From: Bacteriovoracaceae bacterium
GTDB taxonomy: Bacteria; Bdellovibrionota; Bacteriovoracia; Bacteriovoracales; Bacteriovoracaceae
Assembly (NCBI GenBank): GCA_041586955.1
Contig: JBFGZE010000067.1
Location: 1 to 19,500 of the forward strand
Reading direction: 5' to 3'
Length of the DNA: 19,500 nt
This document shows, piece after piece, positions 1-9,860 of this stretch (position 1 is the stretch's first letter; every line of letters starts with the position of its first letter). The notes under the pieces were generated by a model. The model ran no database searches, had not been told where the DNA came from, and worked only from the letters and a program-made list of their open reading frames with translations. The translations under genes and the position numbers were made by a program.

Positions 1-108
1 ATTTTGACTAGAGTCTTGAACCAGCTCTTGACCTGGATTTTGACTAGAGTCTTGAACCAGCTCTTGACCTGGATTTTGACTAGAGTCTTGAACCAGCTCC
101 TGGCCAGG
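1..108. repeat. Coding 36-bp tandem repeat (PGQELVQDSSQN), at least 3 copies
   Basis: ATTTTGACTAGAGTCTTGAACCAGCTCTTGACCTGG is exact at 1-36 and 37-72. The third copy at 73-108 has three synonymous changes. Copies are contiguous with no spacers and probably continue to the left of the window. Confidence 0.95.
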
Positions 109-387
109 GTTTTGAATTAATACTTTAGCTGGTATTTGATCTAGTTTCTGCTCAGGATTATGACCTAATTTTTGACCTGGCCCTTGCCCTAGTTTTTTAC
201 CTGGCTTTTCGGTTGAGATAATGTCTCGCTCTCTATCACCATCGTCATTAAGCTTTTGCTCCTCGGAAACACCATAACCTTCAAGATATTCTTTCTGGTA
301 AAATTCGGCATCTTGACAAGAGTTTAAAGTTAGGGCGAGCAATGATGTTAACATTGTGGCCCTAATTGACTGGGAAAAGGTTTTCAT
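1..387 (-). CDS. Putative lipoprotein with Pro/Gln-rich tandem repeats (5' portion; runs off the left edge)
   Basis: Translated by hand from ATG at 387: MKTFSQSIRATMLTSLLALTLNSCQDAEFYQKEYLEGYGVSEEQKLNDDGDRERDIISTEKPGKKLGQGPGQKLGHNPEQKLDQIPAKVLIQNPGQELVQDSSQNPGQELVQDSSQNPGQELVQDSSQN..., with no stop before the window edge. It has a basic N-terminus, a hydrophobic stretch and a lipobox-like LNS-C24. An in-frame TAG lies just upstream of the ATG, and a weak RBS (AGGG) is present. Confidence 0.85.
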   Translation of the reverse strand, partial: MKTFSQSIRATMLTSLLALTLNSCQDAEFYQKEYLEGYGVSEEQKLNDDGDRERDIISTEKPGKKLGQGPGQKLGHNPEQKLDQIPAKVLIQNPGQELVQDSSQNPGQELVQDSSQNPGQELVQDSSQN

Positions 388-486
388 AAGATGACCCTAA
401 ATGCTGTCTATCCAAAATAAACTTAACTGTAATATCTTTACTACAATTTAAACTTGAATAAACTGCCATTTTTGGAGTTTTGGTAT

Positions 487-515
487 AACAAACGTACCCA
501 TAGAACAAACGTACC
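487..515. promoter_or_regulatory. Direct repeat AACAAACGTACC x2, candidate transcription-factor site
   Basis: Exact 12-mers at 487-498 and 504-515 (17-bp period), about 100 bp upstream of the lipoprotein start. The function is inferred only. Confidence 0.35.
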
Positions 516-812
516 GTACAAAATCCAAAAAAATAAAAGTCGATCAATACTGATCAAGTTAGTCTCAATTTAACATAATCAAGATCTTTTTGAAGAAGGT
601 GACTTCAAATAAGCGGTTTTAGATGATTTTAACTTTAAAAACATTAACTTGTAGCGAGAAATAATTTTTCCTCAAAGAAAATCTATTGCCGAAAAAAGCG
701 CCATTTTTTTGGGCCTTAATGATATTAATGGAATAATATTAAGCTCTTAACGTTTTTCACCCCGAACTTCTTTAACGAATGCGCCTCGACAATAACAATG
801 GGGCTCCAATAT

Positions 813-841
813 AAAAAAACAGCAAGGAAATACCTTGCTGT
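813..841 (-). terminator. Rho-independent terminator of the nqr operon
   Basis: Stem ACAGCAAGG / CCTTGCTGT (819-827 / 833-841) with a 5-nt loop and an A-run at 813-819 that reads as a U-tail on the minus strand, about 80 bp after the nqrF stop. Confidence 0.85.
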
Positions 842-921
842 GCTTTATTTTTTAAATTTATGGTAACTACTCAAAGATTCAAATTCCTTTGAAACTGGCG
901 AAGCAGTACCTAAGGACAGGA

Positions 922-2148
922 TTAACCACCAAAGTCATCAAGTAAAATATCTTCTCTTTCGACACCGAGAGAGAGAAGCATATCAATAACGCATTTATTC
1001 ATGATTGGAGGTCCACAGAGGTAGTATTCGCAGTCCTCTGGGTTTGGGTGGTCTTTAAGGTAATTATCAAAGAGGACCTGATGAATAAAACCAGTATAAC
1101 CTTCCCAATTATCTTCTGGTTGGGCGTCAGACAAGGCCACATGCCATTTAAAATTGGGGTTTTCGTTTTGAATAGCATCAAAATCTTCGACGTAAAACAT
1201 TTCACGCTTAGAGCGTGCCCCATACCAGAAGGAAACTTTGCGATCAGTATGTATACGGCGGAATTGATCAAAAATATGAGATCTCATCGGCGCCATTCCT
1301 GCACCACCACCAACAAAGATCATCTCCTTTTTAGTGTCTCGGGCAAAAAATTCTCCAAATGGTCCAGAAATTGTAACTTCATCACCTTCTTTTAGATTAA
1401 AAATATAGGAGGACATTTTCCCCGGCTCGACATTGGGTAAGCGCGGAGGAGGTGATGCTATCCTCACGTTTAGCATGATAATACCCTTTTCCTCGGGGTA
1501 GTTTGCCATAGAGTAGGCACGAATCGTCTCCTCTTTAACATTTGATTTGAATTGCCAAAGATTAAAATGATCCCAATCCCCACGGTATTCTTCTTCGATG
1601 TCGAAGTTTTTATAGTCAATATTAAGGCCTGGTGGCCTTTCAATCTGAATAAAACCACCTGCACGGAAGGGAACACTTTCCCCGGGCGGCAACTCAAGAA
1701 CTAATTCTTTAATAAAGGTTGCCACATTATGATTTGAGCGAACTTTACATTTCCATTTGCGGACACCAAAAACTTCTTCAGGTACTTCAACCTTCATACT
1801 TTGCTTCACGGAAACTTGGCAAGAAAGGCGGCAGCCCTCACGAGCTTCACGTTTGCTGATATGAGAAAGTTCTGTCTGCAGGATTTCCCCGCCACCCTCA
1901 AGAACTTTAACCTTACATTGACCACAAGTCCCACCACCACCGCAGGCAGAAGAAATAAAGAGCTTTTGGTCAGCTAAAACATTGAGAAGTTTACCACCTG
2001 CGGGAATTTCAACATTCTTCTCATCATTAATATTGAGAGTCACGTTACCCGAAGCGACAAGCTTAGATTTAGCAAATAAAATGATCGCCACTAATGCTAG
2101 GACGATCGCTGTAAACATGGAGACACCCAGAACGATTTCGTTCATCAT
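922..2148 (-). CDS. nqrF: Na(+)-translocating NADH:quinone reductase subunit F
   Basis: N-terminal TM helix, 2Fe-2S motif [10 protein letters not shown]...RLSCQ, FAD motif RAYSMAN, NAD motif [12 protein letters not shown], and C-terminal YLCGPP...LDDFGG. RBS spacing favours the second ATG at 2145. Confidence 0.98.
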   Translation of the reverse strand: MMNEIVLGVSMFTAIVLALVAIILFAKSKLVASGNVTLNINDEKNVEIPAGGKLLNVLADQKLFISSACGGGGTCGQCKVKVLEGGGEILQTELSHISKREAREGCRLSCQVSVKQSMKVEVPEEVFGVRKWKCKVRSNHNVATFIKELVLELPPGESVPFRAGGFIQIERPPGLNIDYKNFDIEEEYRGDWDHFNLWQFKSNVKEETIRAYSMANYPEEKGIIMLNVRIASPPPRLPNVEPGKMSSYIFNLKEGDEVTISGPFGEFFARDTKKEMIFVGGGAGMAPMRSHIFDQFRRIHTDRKVSFWYGARSKREMFYVEDFDAIQNENPNFKWHVALSDAQPEDNWEGYTGFIHQVLFDNYLKDHPNPEDCEYYLCGPPIMNKCVIDMLLSLGVEREDILLDDFGG

Positions 2149-2166
2149 TATTCCTTTTTCAATCTA

Positions 2167-2778
2167 TTAAAGTTGAATCCCAGAGAAGGCCAGAAAGCCA
2201 AACGCCATCAAGCCCACTGTAATAAAAGTAATCCCTAAACCACGAAGTCCTTCTGGAACATCGGAGTATTTTAACTTTTCACGAATACCTGCTAACGCTG
2301 CAATCGCCAAGGCCCAACCAACGCCAGAGCCAAAACCAAAAACAACACTTTCGGCAAAGTTATAATCCCTTTCGACCATAAATAATGAGCCACCAAGGAT
2401 GGCACAATTGACGGTAATAAGAGGTAGGAAAATCCCTAGTGCCGTATAAAGGGCCGGGAAGAAGCGATCCAAAGTCATTTCTAGGATTTGAACCATGGCC
2501 GCAATCACGCCAATATAAGAAATAAGGCCAAGAAATGATAAATCAAATCCCTCAAGGCCCATCCAAGTTAAGGCATTCTCTTTTAAAAGATAGGTAAAGA
2601 GTAAATTATTAACGGGAACAGTAATCGTTTGCACTACTGTGACAGCAATACCAAGTCCAATAGCGGTGTCGACCTTTTTAGAAACTGCTAAGAATGTACA
2701 CATTCCCAGGAAGAAAGAAAGGGCCAGGTTTTCAACAAAAACGGCCTTCATAAATAAGCTTAAATAATGCTCTAACAT
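2167..2778 (-). CDS. nqrE: Na(+)-NQR subunit E
   Basis: [20 protein letters not shown] and [11 protein letters not shown] (the Fe-ligand Cys residues), C-terminal FSGIQL, and operon position. Confidence 0.98.
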   Translation of the reverse strand: MLEHYLSLFMKAVFVENLALSFFLGMCTFLAVSKKVDTAIGLGIAVTVVQTITVPVNNLLFTYLLKENALTWMGLEGFDLSFLGLISYIGVIAAMVQILEMTLDRFFPALYTALGIFLPLITVNCAILGGSLFMVERDYNFAESVVFGFGSGVGWALAIAALAGIREKLKYSDVPEGLRGLGITFITVGLMAFGFLAFSGIQL

Positions 2779-2786
2779 ATTAACCT

Positions 2787-3404
2787 CTATGCCTTTTCAA
2801 CTTGATCTTTTTTAAATGTGCGAAGAACCCAAATAAATATCCCGATCAAGAAAAAAGCTGATGGAGATAAAAGGGCCAAACCATTAGGTTGATACCATCC
2901 CCCCTCGCTGACAAGGGGTAAAATGGAATGACCTAAGAGCGTGCCACTACCAAATAATTCACGAAAGACAGCAACAAAAAGAAGAACGATGGAGTATCCA
3001 AGACCATTACCAAGGCCGTCGAAAAAACTCATCACAAATCCATTTTTCATGGCATAACCTTCGGCGCGTCCCATCACAATACAATTGGTGATAATCAGGC
3101 CGACATAAACAGACATACTTTTGGCCACATCAAAGAAGAAGGCCTTTAGAATTTGGTCTGTCACAATCACCAAAGAGGCAATAATGGTCATTTGCACAAT
3201 AATCCGAATACTAGAAGGTATTGTATTGCGAATGATACTGACTGAAGCTCCAGAGAAGGCGGTCACTAAGGTTACGGCCGCGGCCATTACCAAAGCAGTT
3301 TCTAGTTTTGTTGTTACCGCAAGTGCTGAACAAATCCCAAGAATTTGCAATGCGATCGGGTTATTAGTAAAGAGAGGATCAATAATTGTTTTACGTACAC
3401 TCAT
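2787..3404 (-). CDS. nqrD: Na(+)-NQR subunit D
   Basis: [18 protein letters not shown] and [14 protein letters not shown] motifs, plus operon position. Confidence 0.98.
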   Translation of the reverse strand: MSVRKTIIDPLFTNNPIALQILGICSALAVTTKLETALVMAAAVTLVTAFSGASVSIIRNTIPSSIRIIVQMTIIASLVIVTDQILKAFFFDVAKSMSVYVGLIITNCIVMGRAEGYAMKNGFVMSFFDGLGNGLGYSIVLLFVAVFRELFGSGTLLGHSILPLVSEGGWYQPNGLALLSPSAFFLIGIFIWVLRTFKKDQVEKA

Positions 3405-3416
3405 ATCTATACCCTC

Positions 3417-4196
3417 TTAATTTAACTTCGTTCTGAGTTTTTCAAGATAAGGACCATAACCATCCTCACCTAACCAATATTGAACCAGCCCCTCAACTCC
3501 ATTTGCAGTCAAAGTCGCGCCAGATAAACCATCAATCTGCGAAGAGGCATTGGCGTGCTTAGGATCGACCATACCTTTAACCACATCAATAATAGGATTA
3601 AAGTCTTGATCAAGGGCAATTTTACCAATCCAGGAAGCTTTCCATTTTGGGTTATCAACTTCACCACCAAGGCCTGGAGTCTCGGCATGCTCGTAGAAAC
3701 CAAAACCTCTAATTGTCTTCGTGTCAGGAGCAAGGGCCATAAAACCATAAAGAGTTGACCATAAACCTTTCCCATTAATCGGTAAGACAATAAGGTCGAT
3801 GGCGTCGCCTTTCTTCACGATATAAACCTTGCCATACTTAGCACGAACCTTAATCCGTGCCAGATCTTTACCATTATCAATGATTTTATTTTGTTTGGGA
3901 TCTTTCGCTGCTTTTTTAGCATCGAAAGTTAAAGGGTCGATATCTGTCACATCACCATTATCAAGGTTGATGACTTGAGTTTCTATCGCCTTGAAGGCCT
4001 CAGTGATATCCTCTTTAGAAGGGTTGTCACTTGTTAAAAGTCCTGCCGATAAAAGAAGGTTTTTCTTAATATCGAGAGCTTTATTCTCTTTTTGCATTGG
4101 TTTTAATTTAATGGCCGCTGTCGAAACAAGTACGGAACAAAAAACACAAAGAACCGCCGCAACAATTACCGTTTTAGCTACACTATCATTTTGCAT
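3417..4196 (-). CDS. nqrC: Na(+)-NQR subunit C
   Basis: N-terminal TM helix, [18 protein letters not shown], and the covalent FMN site DGLSGATLT. Confidence 0.98.
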   Translation of the reverse strand: MQNDSVAKTVIVAAVLCVFCSVLVSTAAIKLKPMQKENKALDIKKNLLLSAGLLTSDNPSKEDITEAFKAIETQVINLDNGDVTDIDPLTFDAKKAAKDPKQNKIIDNGKDLARIKVRAKYGKVYIVKKGDAIDLIVLPINGKGLWSTLYGFMALAPDTKTIRGFGFYEHAETPGLGGEVDNPKWKASWIGKIALDQDFNPIIDVVKGMVDPKHANASSQIDGLSGATLTANGVEGLVQYWLGEDGYGPYLEKLRTKLN

Positions 4197-5388
4197 GTCT
4201 CAATAACCTCCTCTTAATATTGCCCTTCACAACAAAGTAATCAATGAGAGGAGCAAAACAATTGGCAAATAAAATCGCTAACATCGTTCCCTCGGGGTAA
4301 GCGGGGTTAATGACACGAACAAGAACAACCATAAAACCAATCAGCCCACCGTAATAGAATTGACCCTTTTGAGTCATTGCTGCTGAAACAGGATCCGTGG
4401 CCATAAAAACACAACCGAAGGCAAATCCACCGACCACTATGTGCCATAAGGGAGGAAGAGAGAACATAAAGTTAGAGTCACTGCCAATACCGTTAAGAAC
4501 GCCGGCAAAGACTAATGTCGAGATCGTCATACTCAACATAATACGCCAAGAGCCAATTCCTGTTTTACAAAGATAAATTGCTCCTAAAAGACATGCCAAG
4601 GTCGACGTCTCACCCATTGAGCCAGGAATACGGCCGAGGAAAGATTGTAACCAAGTTACGCTTAAAGTATCCATACCTCCAGTCGCCACTTGTGAAAGGG
4701 CCGTGGCACCAGTATGGCCATCGACAGCAACCCAAACGGCGTCGCCTGAAATGGCAGCAGGATAAGCAAAGAATAAAAAGGCACGGGCCGTTAAGGCGGG
4801 GTTAAGAAAGTTACGGCCAGTTCCGCCAAAAATTTCCTTACCAATGACCACACCAAAACTAATCCCTAAGGCCACCTGCCATAAAGGAATGGTGGGAGGC
4901 AACGTTAAAGGGAATAAAAGACCAGTAACGAGGAAACCTTCATTAATTTCATGCTTGCGAACGGTCGCAAAGATCACTTCCCAAAAGCCTCCGGCAATAT
5001 TGGTGACCAGAAAAACCGGAAGAAAATAAAGAAGACCGTGTAGAACACAGGCCAAAATATTATCAGGAGAGAAACCAAGACCAAGCATATTGATCAATTC
5101 CGCTCGCCAACCTTCGGCCGTGGCCCCTGTGGCCGCAAGAATTGCATTGGCCTGATAGCCTGTATTATAAAGACTAAAAAGAATACAGGGCATTAGGGCC
5201 AAGGCCACTGTTCCCATCATTCTTTTTAAATCAAGTCCATCTCTGACATGAACGCTTCCCTCTGTCACATCCCCTGGAGTATAGAGAAAAGTGTCGAGCA
5301 TTTCGTAGAGAGGGTATAGTTTTTCTAATTTTCCCCCAGCGGCAAAATGCTTATGCTGAGAATCCAGAACACCTCTTAAAAACTTCAT
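4186..5388 (-). CDS. nqrB: Na(+)-NQR subunit B
   Basis: [37 protein letters not shown] site TGAT and FMATDPVS. It overlaps nqrA by 1 nt and nqrC by 11 nt. Confidence 0.98.
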   Translation of the reverse strand: MKFLRGVLDSQHKHFAAGGKLEKLYPLYEMLDTFLYTPGDVTEGSVHVRDGLDLKRMMGTVALALMPCILFSLYNTGYQANAILAATGATAEGWRAELINMLGLGFSPDNILACVLHGLLYFLPVFLVTNIAGGFWEVIFATVRKHEINEGFLVTGLLFPLTLPPTIPLWQVALGISFGVVIGKEIFGGTGRNFLNPALTARAFLFFAYPAAISGDAVWVAVDGHTGATALSQVATGGMDTLSVTWLQSFLGRIPGSMGETSTLACLLGAIYLCKTGIGSWRIMLSMTISTLVFAGVLNGIGSDSNFMFSLPPLWHIVVGGFAFGCVFMATDPVSAAMTQKGQFYYGGLIGFMVVLVRVINPAYPEGTMLAILFANCFAPLIDYFVVKGNIKRRLLRHAK

Positions 5389-6767
5389 TATCCTTCCTTC
5401 TCAATAATCGTTAAATTGTCTCTCAAAAGAGGTCCAAAGTCTGTTTTACCAGGACTGGCATAAGTACAGAGGGCCAAATCTTCTTCATCCAATTCTAAAC
5501 AACCCAATAATTGAGCATGGTCAGAATCTCCACAGACCAACGCTCTTAATAATTGAGTGGGCAAAATATCGAGTGGCATGACCTGTTCAAATACTCCGAC
5601 GGGCACCATCGCGCGTGGACTACCATGCTTATTGGTCCCTAGGTCCCAAACCTTTTTCGTAAGAAATGGAATTTTATCACAAAGTTCAATCAGCACATGA
5701 CTGGCGAAAACATCTTTTAACGAAATTTTATCCCAACCAGGACCCTGCCACCCAAGAAATTCACGGTGAGTATCTTCTTCTAAAACAGTGATTTGGTTAT
5801 GGTATCGACCAAGATAGTGAAAAGTTTCATCCACTTTACGGCCATTTAAAATAGAACCAGAAATCGTTCGAATAGGGCCCTCTTTAACCTCTCCAGCAAT
5901 AAGTTGAGAAATATCAGCTCCTAAACGAGTACGTAATAAACGCGGATTGCGGGCCTTAGGTCCACCAAGGGCCACAATTCGGTCAGTGAAAAGAAGTCCA
6001 CTCGAAAATAAACGGCCAATGGCAATCACATCCTGGTAGCCAATATGCCAAACCTTTTTATCCCCATAAACCGGGTTTAGAAAGTGGATATGCGTGCCGA
6101 CGTTACCGGCCGGGTGAACCCCATGGAACTCGGCCAATTCAATATTATCGCCATCTGCAACTGGAACCTGACTCCCAAGGGCACGGACGACATAAGTTTT
6201 GCCAGCTGTTAACTTGGATAGAACTTGTGTTCCTCTTTTAAAAGCGTCCTGGTGCTCTTTTATAACGACAGCAGGATCAGTGCTAAGAGGATTGGTATCC
6301 ATGGCGTTAATAAAAATAGCGGTTGCTTCTGTGCCAACTGACGGGACCTTGGAAAAAGGCCGGGTTCGTAAACCTGTCCATAATCCTGACTCAACCAGAA
6401 GGGCAGTAACCTCTTCTTTTGAGTATTCGTTATGAGTTTTATTAATAAAGTTTTCGAAAGTCACATGATCTTCATTTTCAGCGACCTCTATTACAAGGTT
6501 TTGAAAAACTCGGCGGTCACCTCTTACAATTGATTTAACCACACCAGCAGCGGGAGCTGTATAGATCACTCCAAGGCATTTCTTACACTCAAAAACGGCC
6601 TGTCCCTTTTGGACGACCTCACCTTCTTTTACCAACATAGTAGGCTTCATCCCTACATAATCAGCACCAACAAGAGCAACAGTTGACACTCGTGGCGCCT
6701 CTTGGATTTGTTGTTCGGGCGTCCCTGAAATTGGAACGTCGTAACCCTTTTTAATATGAAAGGCCAT
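5388..6767 (-). CDS. nqrA: Na(+)-NQR subunit A
   Basis: [49 protein letters not shown] and C-terminal IEKEG. RBS AGGGGTG spacing favours ATG 6767 over 6773. Confidence 0.97.
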   Translation of the reverse strand: MAFHIKKGYDVPISGTPEQQIQEAPRVSTVALVGADYVGMKPTMLVKEGEVVQKGQAVFECKKCLGVIYTAPAAGVVKSIVRGDRRVFQNLVIEVAENEDHVTFENFINKTHNEYSKEEVTALLVESGLWTGLRTRPFSKVPSVGTEATAIFINAMDTNPLSTDPAVVIKEHQDAFKRGTQVLSKLTAGKTYVVRALGSQVPVADGDNIELAEFHGVHPAGNVGTHIHFLNPVYGDKKVWHIGYQDVIAIGRLFSSGLLFTDRIVALGGPKARNPRLLRTRLGADISQLIAGEVKEGPIRTISGSILNGRKVDETFHYLGRYHNQITVLEEDTHREFLGWQGPGWDKISLKDVFASHVLIELCDKIPFLTKKVWDLGTNKHGSPRAMVPVGVFEQVMPLDILPTQLLRALVCGDSDHAQLLGCLELDEEDLALCTYASPGKTDFGPLLRDNLTIIEKEG

Positions 6768-6940
6768 AATCATTCACCCCTAGGATTGGGTCAAGCTCCA
6801 GACAGATCTGAAAGCACTTAGTCAATTATTAACGGACGAAATATATCAAAAATATTTTGGTCTGTAACTAGCGCATCTAAAAAAAATATGCCATTAAAGA
6901 AATCGATAAATTTTAATTAGACGCGCGTCCTCATTTCATT

Positions 6941-7423
6941 TTATGCACAACATTTTTTATACTTTTTACCACTGCCACAGAGACAAGGGTCGTTGCGTCC
7001 AACCTTAGTCTCAGAACGTCTCAATGGGGCCTTCAACACTTTCCCATCGAGAAAAAACCATTGACCATTCTCCCGCTTAAATTCACTGATCTCATGATGC
7101 TTTTGCACCAGGCCTTTGACTTCATAAGAGGCGATAAACTCGACTTGACCATTTTCATGACCAACATCACCTTTATCGCAGCGGATAATTTCTAGCCCAA
7201 GCCATGTTGACTCATTGGACCATATTCGGATTTCTTCAGCGTCTATTTCATGGCGAGTACTTTCATGGTTGGTGTTGAGAATATAATCAACGTCACCACG
7301 GGCAAATGCTGTATAACGTGACCTCATTGTCGCCTCGGCCGTGTCAGGAAAGCGACTTCCGGTGAGAAAGGGTGCGCAACAATCATCATATTTTTTTTCA
7401 GTTCCACATGGGCATAAACTCAT
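6941..7423 (-). CDS. ychJ: YchJ family (UPF0225) protein with SEC-C metal-binding motifs
   Basis: N-terminal [49 protein letters not shown], and C-terminal [27 protein letters not shown]. Confidence 0.93.
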   Translation of the reverse strand: MSLCPCGTEKKYDDCCAPFLTGSRFPDTAEATMRSRYTAFARGDVDYILNTNHESTRHEIDAEEIRIWSNESTWLGLEIIRCDKGDVGHENGQVEFIASYEVKGLVQKHHEISEFKRENGQWFFLDGKVLKAPLRRSETKVGRNDPCLCGSGKKYKKCCA

Positions 7424-7456
7424 AATATTCTCCTTAACTTAGCAGAAAGAATCGCA

Positions 7457-8122
7457 TTAAAATCGAAATAAGAGGTCAGTAAAAAATGTATTCTCTTCAT
7501 TGAAATGTACCTTGCTCTCTAAGATTCGGCTAGAAATAAAAGTAAAATGGGGGCGTAATAATTTTAAATAATAAGACCGACTTCGATGCTTAGCATACTC
7601 ATCTTTAAACTCAAGTTCTTCGATCTGCCGTCCCAGTTCAACATCCGTGGGAACAGAAAAATAAAGGTACTTTACCTTATCTGCCATAATCGGTAAGACA
7701 AACTCTAATTCCTCCTTGGAGAGGTATTGGAAAACAGAAGTACAAATCCCTAAATCAAAACGAACTTTTTTTGACTCATATTTCTGGGCCCATTTGACCA
7801 AGTCCATTTGATATAAATTTAATTTAGTACTCTCGATTGAGGATATGCTGCGATTGATAACCTCTTGATAGGCGGTTTCGCTCGGCTCAATGCCCATCGC
7901 TTTATAGGGAATAAACTCCCTAAGTGCTTCTTCTAATATATGCCCGAGGCCAAAACCAAAATCAATAATGCTGGAAATATCAACGTACTCTAGAGCAAAG
8001 AGTGCTTTAATATAGGCGATATGCTGACTAGCATTGCCAATTCCATCCATGCTCTCCCTCTCACTATAATTTTTCTCCCAATAGTGATTAGAGAAACCTT
8101 CTGCCCCTAGTCCCTTTTTCAT
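7457..8122 (-). CDS. Class I SAM-dependent methyltransferase-like protein
   Basis: Motif I IIDFGFGLG, acidic post-I GIEPS, and RFDLGICTSVFQYL. Its ATG directly abuts the MATE stop codon. Confidence 0.8.
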   Translation of the reverse strand: MKKGLGAEGFSNHYWEKNYSERESMDGIGNASQHIAYIKALFALEYVDISSIIDFGFGLGHILEEALREFIPYKAMGIEPSETAYQEVINRSISSIESTKLNLYQMDLVKWAQKYESKKVRFDLGICTSVFQYLSKEELEFVLPIMADKVKYLYFSVPTDVELGRQIEELEFKDEYAKHRSRSYYLKLLRPHFTFISSRILESKVHFNEENTFFTDLLFRF

Positions 8123-9427
8123 TTACGATGATCCTGCTGAACGATGAATATAGAATACCCCTGTCGCCACACGAAAACAATTCAGGGCCATCATTGCAAC
8201 CCAAATCCCTTGTAACGAATGAAATTGATAGGCCATTAGCAGCCCCGGAGCAAAGACGAATAACAGGCCAAAAAACATCGCTTTTCGTAAATAGGCGAAG
8301 TCACCAAGGCCAAAAATAAGACCATCATACACATAGGCAATAGCATTTGGTACCTGAACGATCACAGGCCAGATCCACCATGGCAAAATAAGAGCGTGAA
8401 TTTTTTCGTCAGAAGTAAAAAAATTGAGAAAATAAGAGGGGAAAAGAAAAAAGGCCAAGCTAAACATAAGCCCAATAGCTATTCCAATACGCAATAATCG
8501 ATTCGATACTAATTTTCGATTGAGCACATCACCACTCGCTTTTAATTGCGATATATAAACATTTCCAGTAATCGCCACTCCATCGAGAAAAAAGCTGGAG
8601 AATAACCAAATCTGCAGCATGACTTGATGAGCGGCCAATGTCAGCACCCCTTCACGCGCCGCAACCTTAGTGCTAAAAAAAAAGGCCAACGTTAAAATTA
8701 ATGAACGGCCAAACAAGTCCCATGAGTTTTTACCAAAATGAAACCAATCACTCGCTTTCGTTTTAAGCCGGAAAAAGTCCCGTCCAATTAAATCCTCTCG
8801 AACCAAAAAAACCATCATAAAAAAGAAGGCCAAGGCCTGGGAAATAATTGTGCCGTAAGCGACCCCTGCCAACCCCCAATCAGCTCCATAAAGAAAAATT
8901 GCCGATAAAATGACATTACAAACGGTCGTTAGGCAAACCACCGCAAAGGCCAAGCGCACCCATTCAAGACCGCGTAAAATTGATAGTAAAGTCACCACGA
9001 TTAAGATCAAAGGTTGAAAAAATAGCCTTGGATAAAAATAATCATTCACCAAAGGGATGAGTTCAGGAGGGCAGTCGGCAAATTGATAAAGCAAATCTTT
9101 TAATGGCCAAATAAAAAGTAAGGCCAATACACCGACGACAAGGGCCAGAGTCAATGATATTTTAATACGGGGTCGCAGCAAATCCGTTTGCCCTCGCTTG
9201 GCCGAAATCCATTGAGTCGAATTATGAACCAGAAAATTAAATACCCATGTGAGGGAGTTGATAATTGCCAGGCCAATGCCCAAGCTAGACAACATATATG
9301 TGTCTTTATGACCAACCAAGGCCGAGTCGACCATAGAGGCCAAAGGCTCCATCACTGAGCTTAAAATCGAAGGTAAACTGAAAAGCAATAAACTTTTATA
9401 ACTATATCGTGAAGGGCGCTCTGCCAT
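8123..9427 (-). CDS. MATE family efflux transporter (DinF-like)
   Basis: LPSILSSVMEPLASMVDSALVGH, LRGL...NVILSAIFLYG.DWGLAGVAYGT, LAAHQV, YDGLIFGLGD and GIWVAM, with about 12 hydrophobic segments. Confidence 0.93.
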   Translation of the reverse strand: MAERPSRYSYKSLLLFSLPSILSSVMEPLASMVDSALVGHKDTYMLSSLGIGLAIINSLTWVFNFLVHNSTQWISAKRGQTDLLRPRIKISLTLALVVGVLALLFIWPLKDLLYQFADCPPELIPLVNDYFYPRLFFQPLILIVVTLLSILRGLEWVRLAFAVVCLTTVCNVILSAIFLYGADWGLAGVAYGTIISQALAFFFMMVFLVREDLIGRDFFRLKTKASDWFHFGKNSWDLFGRSLILTLAFFFSTKVAAREGVLTLAAHQVMLQIWLFSSFFLDGVAITGNVYISQLKASGDVLNRKLVSNRLLRIGIAIGLMFSLAFFLFPSYFLNFFTSDEKIHALILPWWIWPVIVQVPNAIAYVYDGLIFGLGDFAYLRKAMFFGLLFVFAPGLLMAYQFHSLQGIWVAMMALNCFRVATGVFYIHRSAGSS

Positions 9428-9430
9428 TCA

Positions 9431-9784
9431 CTAGTCCCCTGGCCTAAAAGCAACCAAGAGAACCTGAATAACCATTAAGATGGCGACTACCAAAATGGCA
9501 CCTGAGCGCATCTGGCCGCGTTTGCTCATCATGGGAATACCTATGGCAATAAGCAGCCAAATGGCCACTTTTGACTTTAGCCATAATGGCCAAGTTTCTC
9601 CATGGGAAATCCCTAAACCCTTAGCAATAAGGCCCATTCCGGCGACTAAAACAGAAAGCGAAGAAATTCCGACTATAATCTTAGGCCATTTGAGCTCTTT
9701 GGGAGCATAAAATTGAGCGCCAGCGGCGAGAGAGAGAATAAACAAACTAGAGAAATGGAGTATCTTATAAAACTCGTAGGACAT
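9431..9784 (-). CDS. Small 4-TM membrane protein, SirB2-like
   Basis: Likely start MSYEFYKILH at 9784 with RBS AAAGGTGG. The YKILH...G.GL...WPLWLKSKVAIW pattern resembles SirB2/DUF2269-type proteins. Confidence 0.65.
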   Translation of the reverse strand: MSYEFYKILHFSSLFILSLAAGAQFYAPKELKWPKIIVGISSLSVLVAGMGLIAKGLGISHGETWPLWLKSKVAIWLLIAIGIPMMSKRGQMRSGAILVVAILMVIQVLLVAFRPGD

Positions 9785-9860
9785 ATTAAAACCACCTTTT
9801 GCTGAGCATCTTACTCTTTTCCCCCTTTTATTTCTAGCAAAAGATAGTAGTATTGGGAGT

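Noticed and set aside
1..108. 36-bp repeats as a CRISPR array
   Set aside because: The copies are contiguous with no spacers, are in frame within a CDS, differ only synonymously, and no cas genes are present.
362..547. 61-aa minus-strand ORF in the track
   Set aside because: It overlaps the real lipoprotein start in another frame, has no recognisable features, and covers the probable promoter region.
686..703. Possible sigma-54 promoter TGGCGC...GC on the minus strand
   Set aside because: The GG-to-GC spacing is 11 nt rather than the required 10.
891..900. GAAACTGGCG shared with 16658-16667, both just downstream of minus-strand stops
   Set aside because: A single 10-mer match is expected by chance, and the flanks do not align.
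999..6435. Numerous short alternative-frame or antisense ORFs inside the nqr genes (also inside MATE, dinG, grxD and yebC)
   Set aside because: These are shadow ORFs of well-conserved genes with no independent motifs or RBS support.
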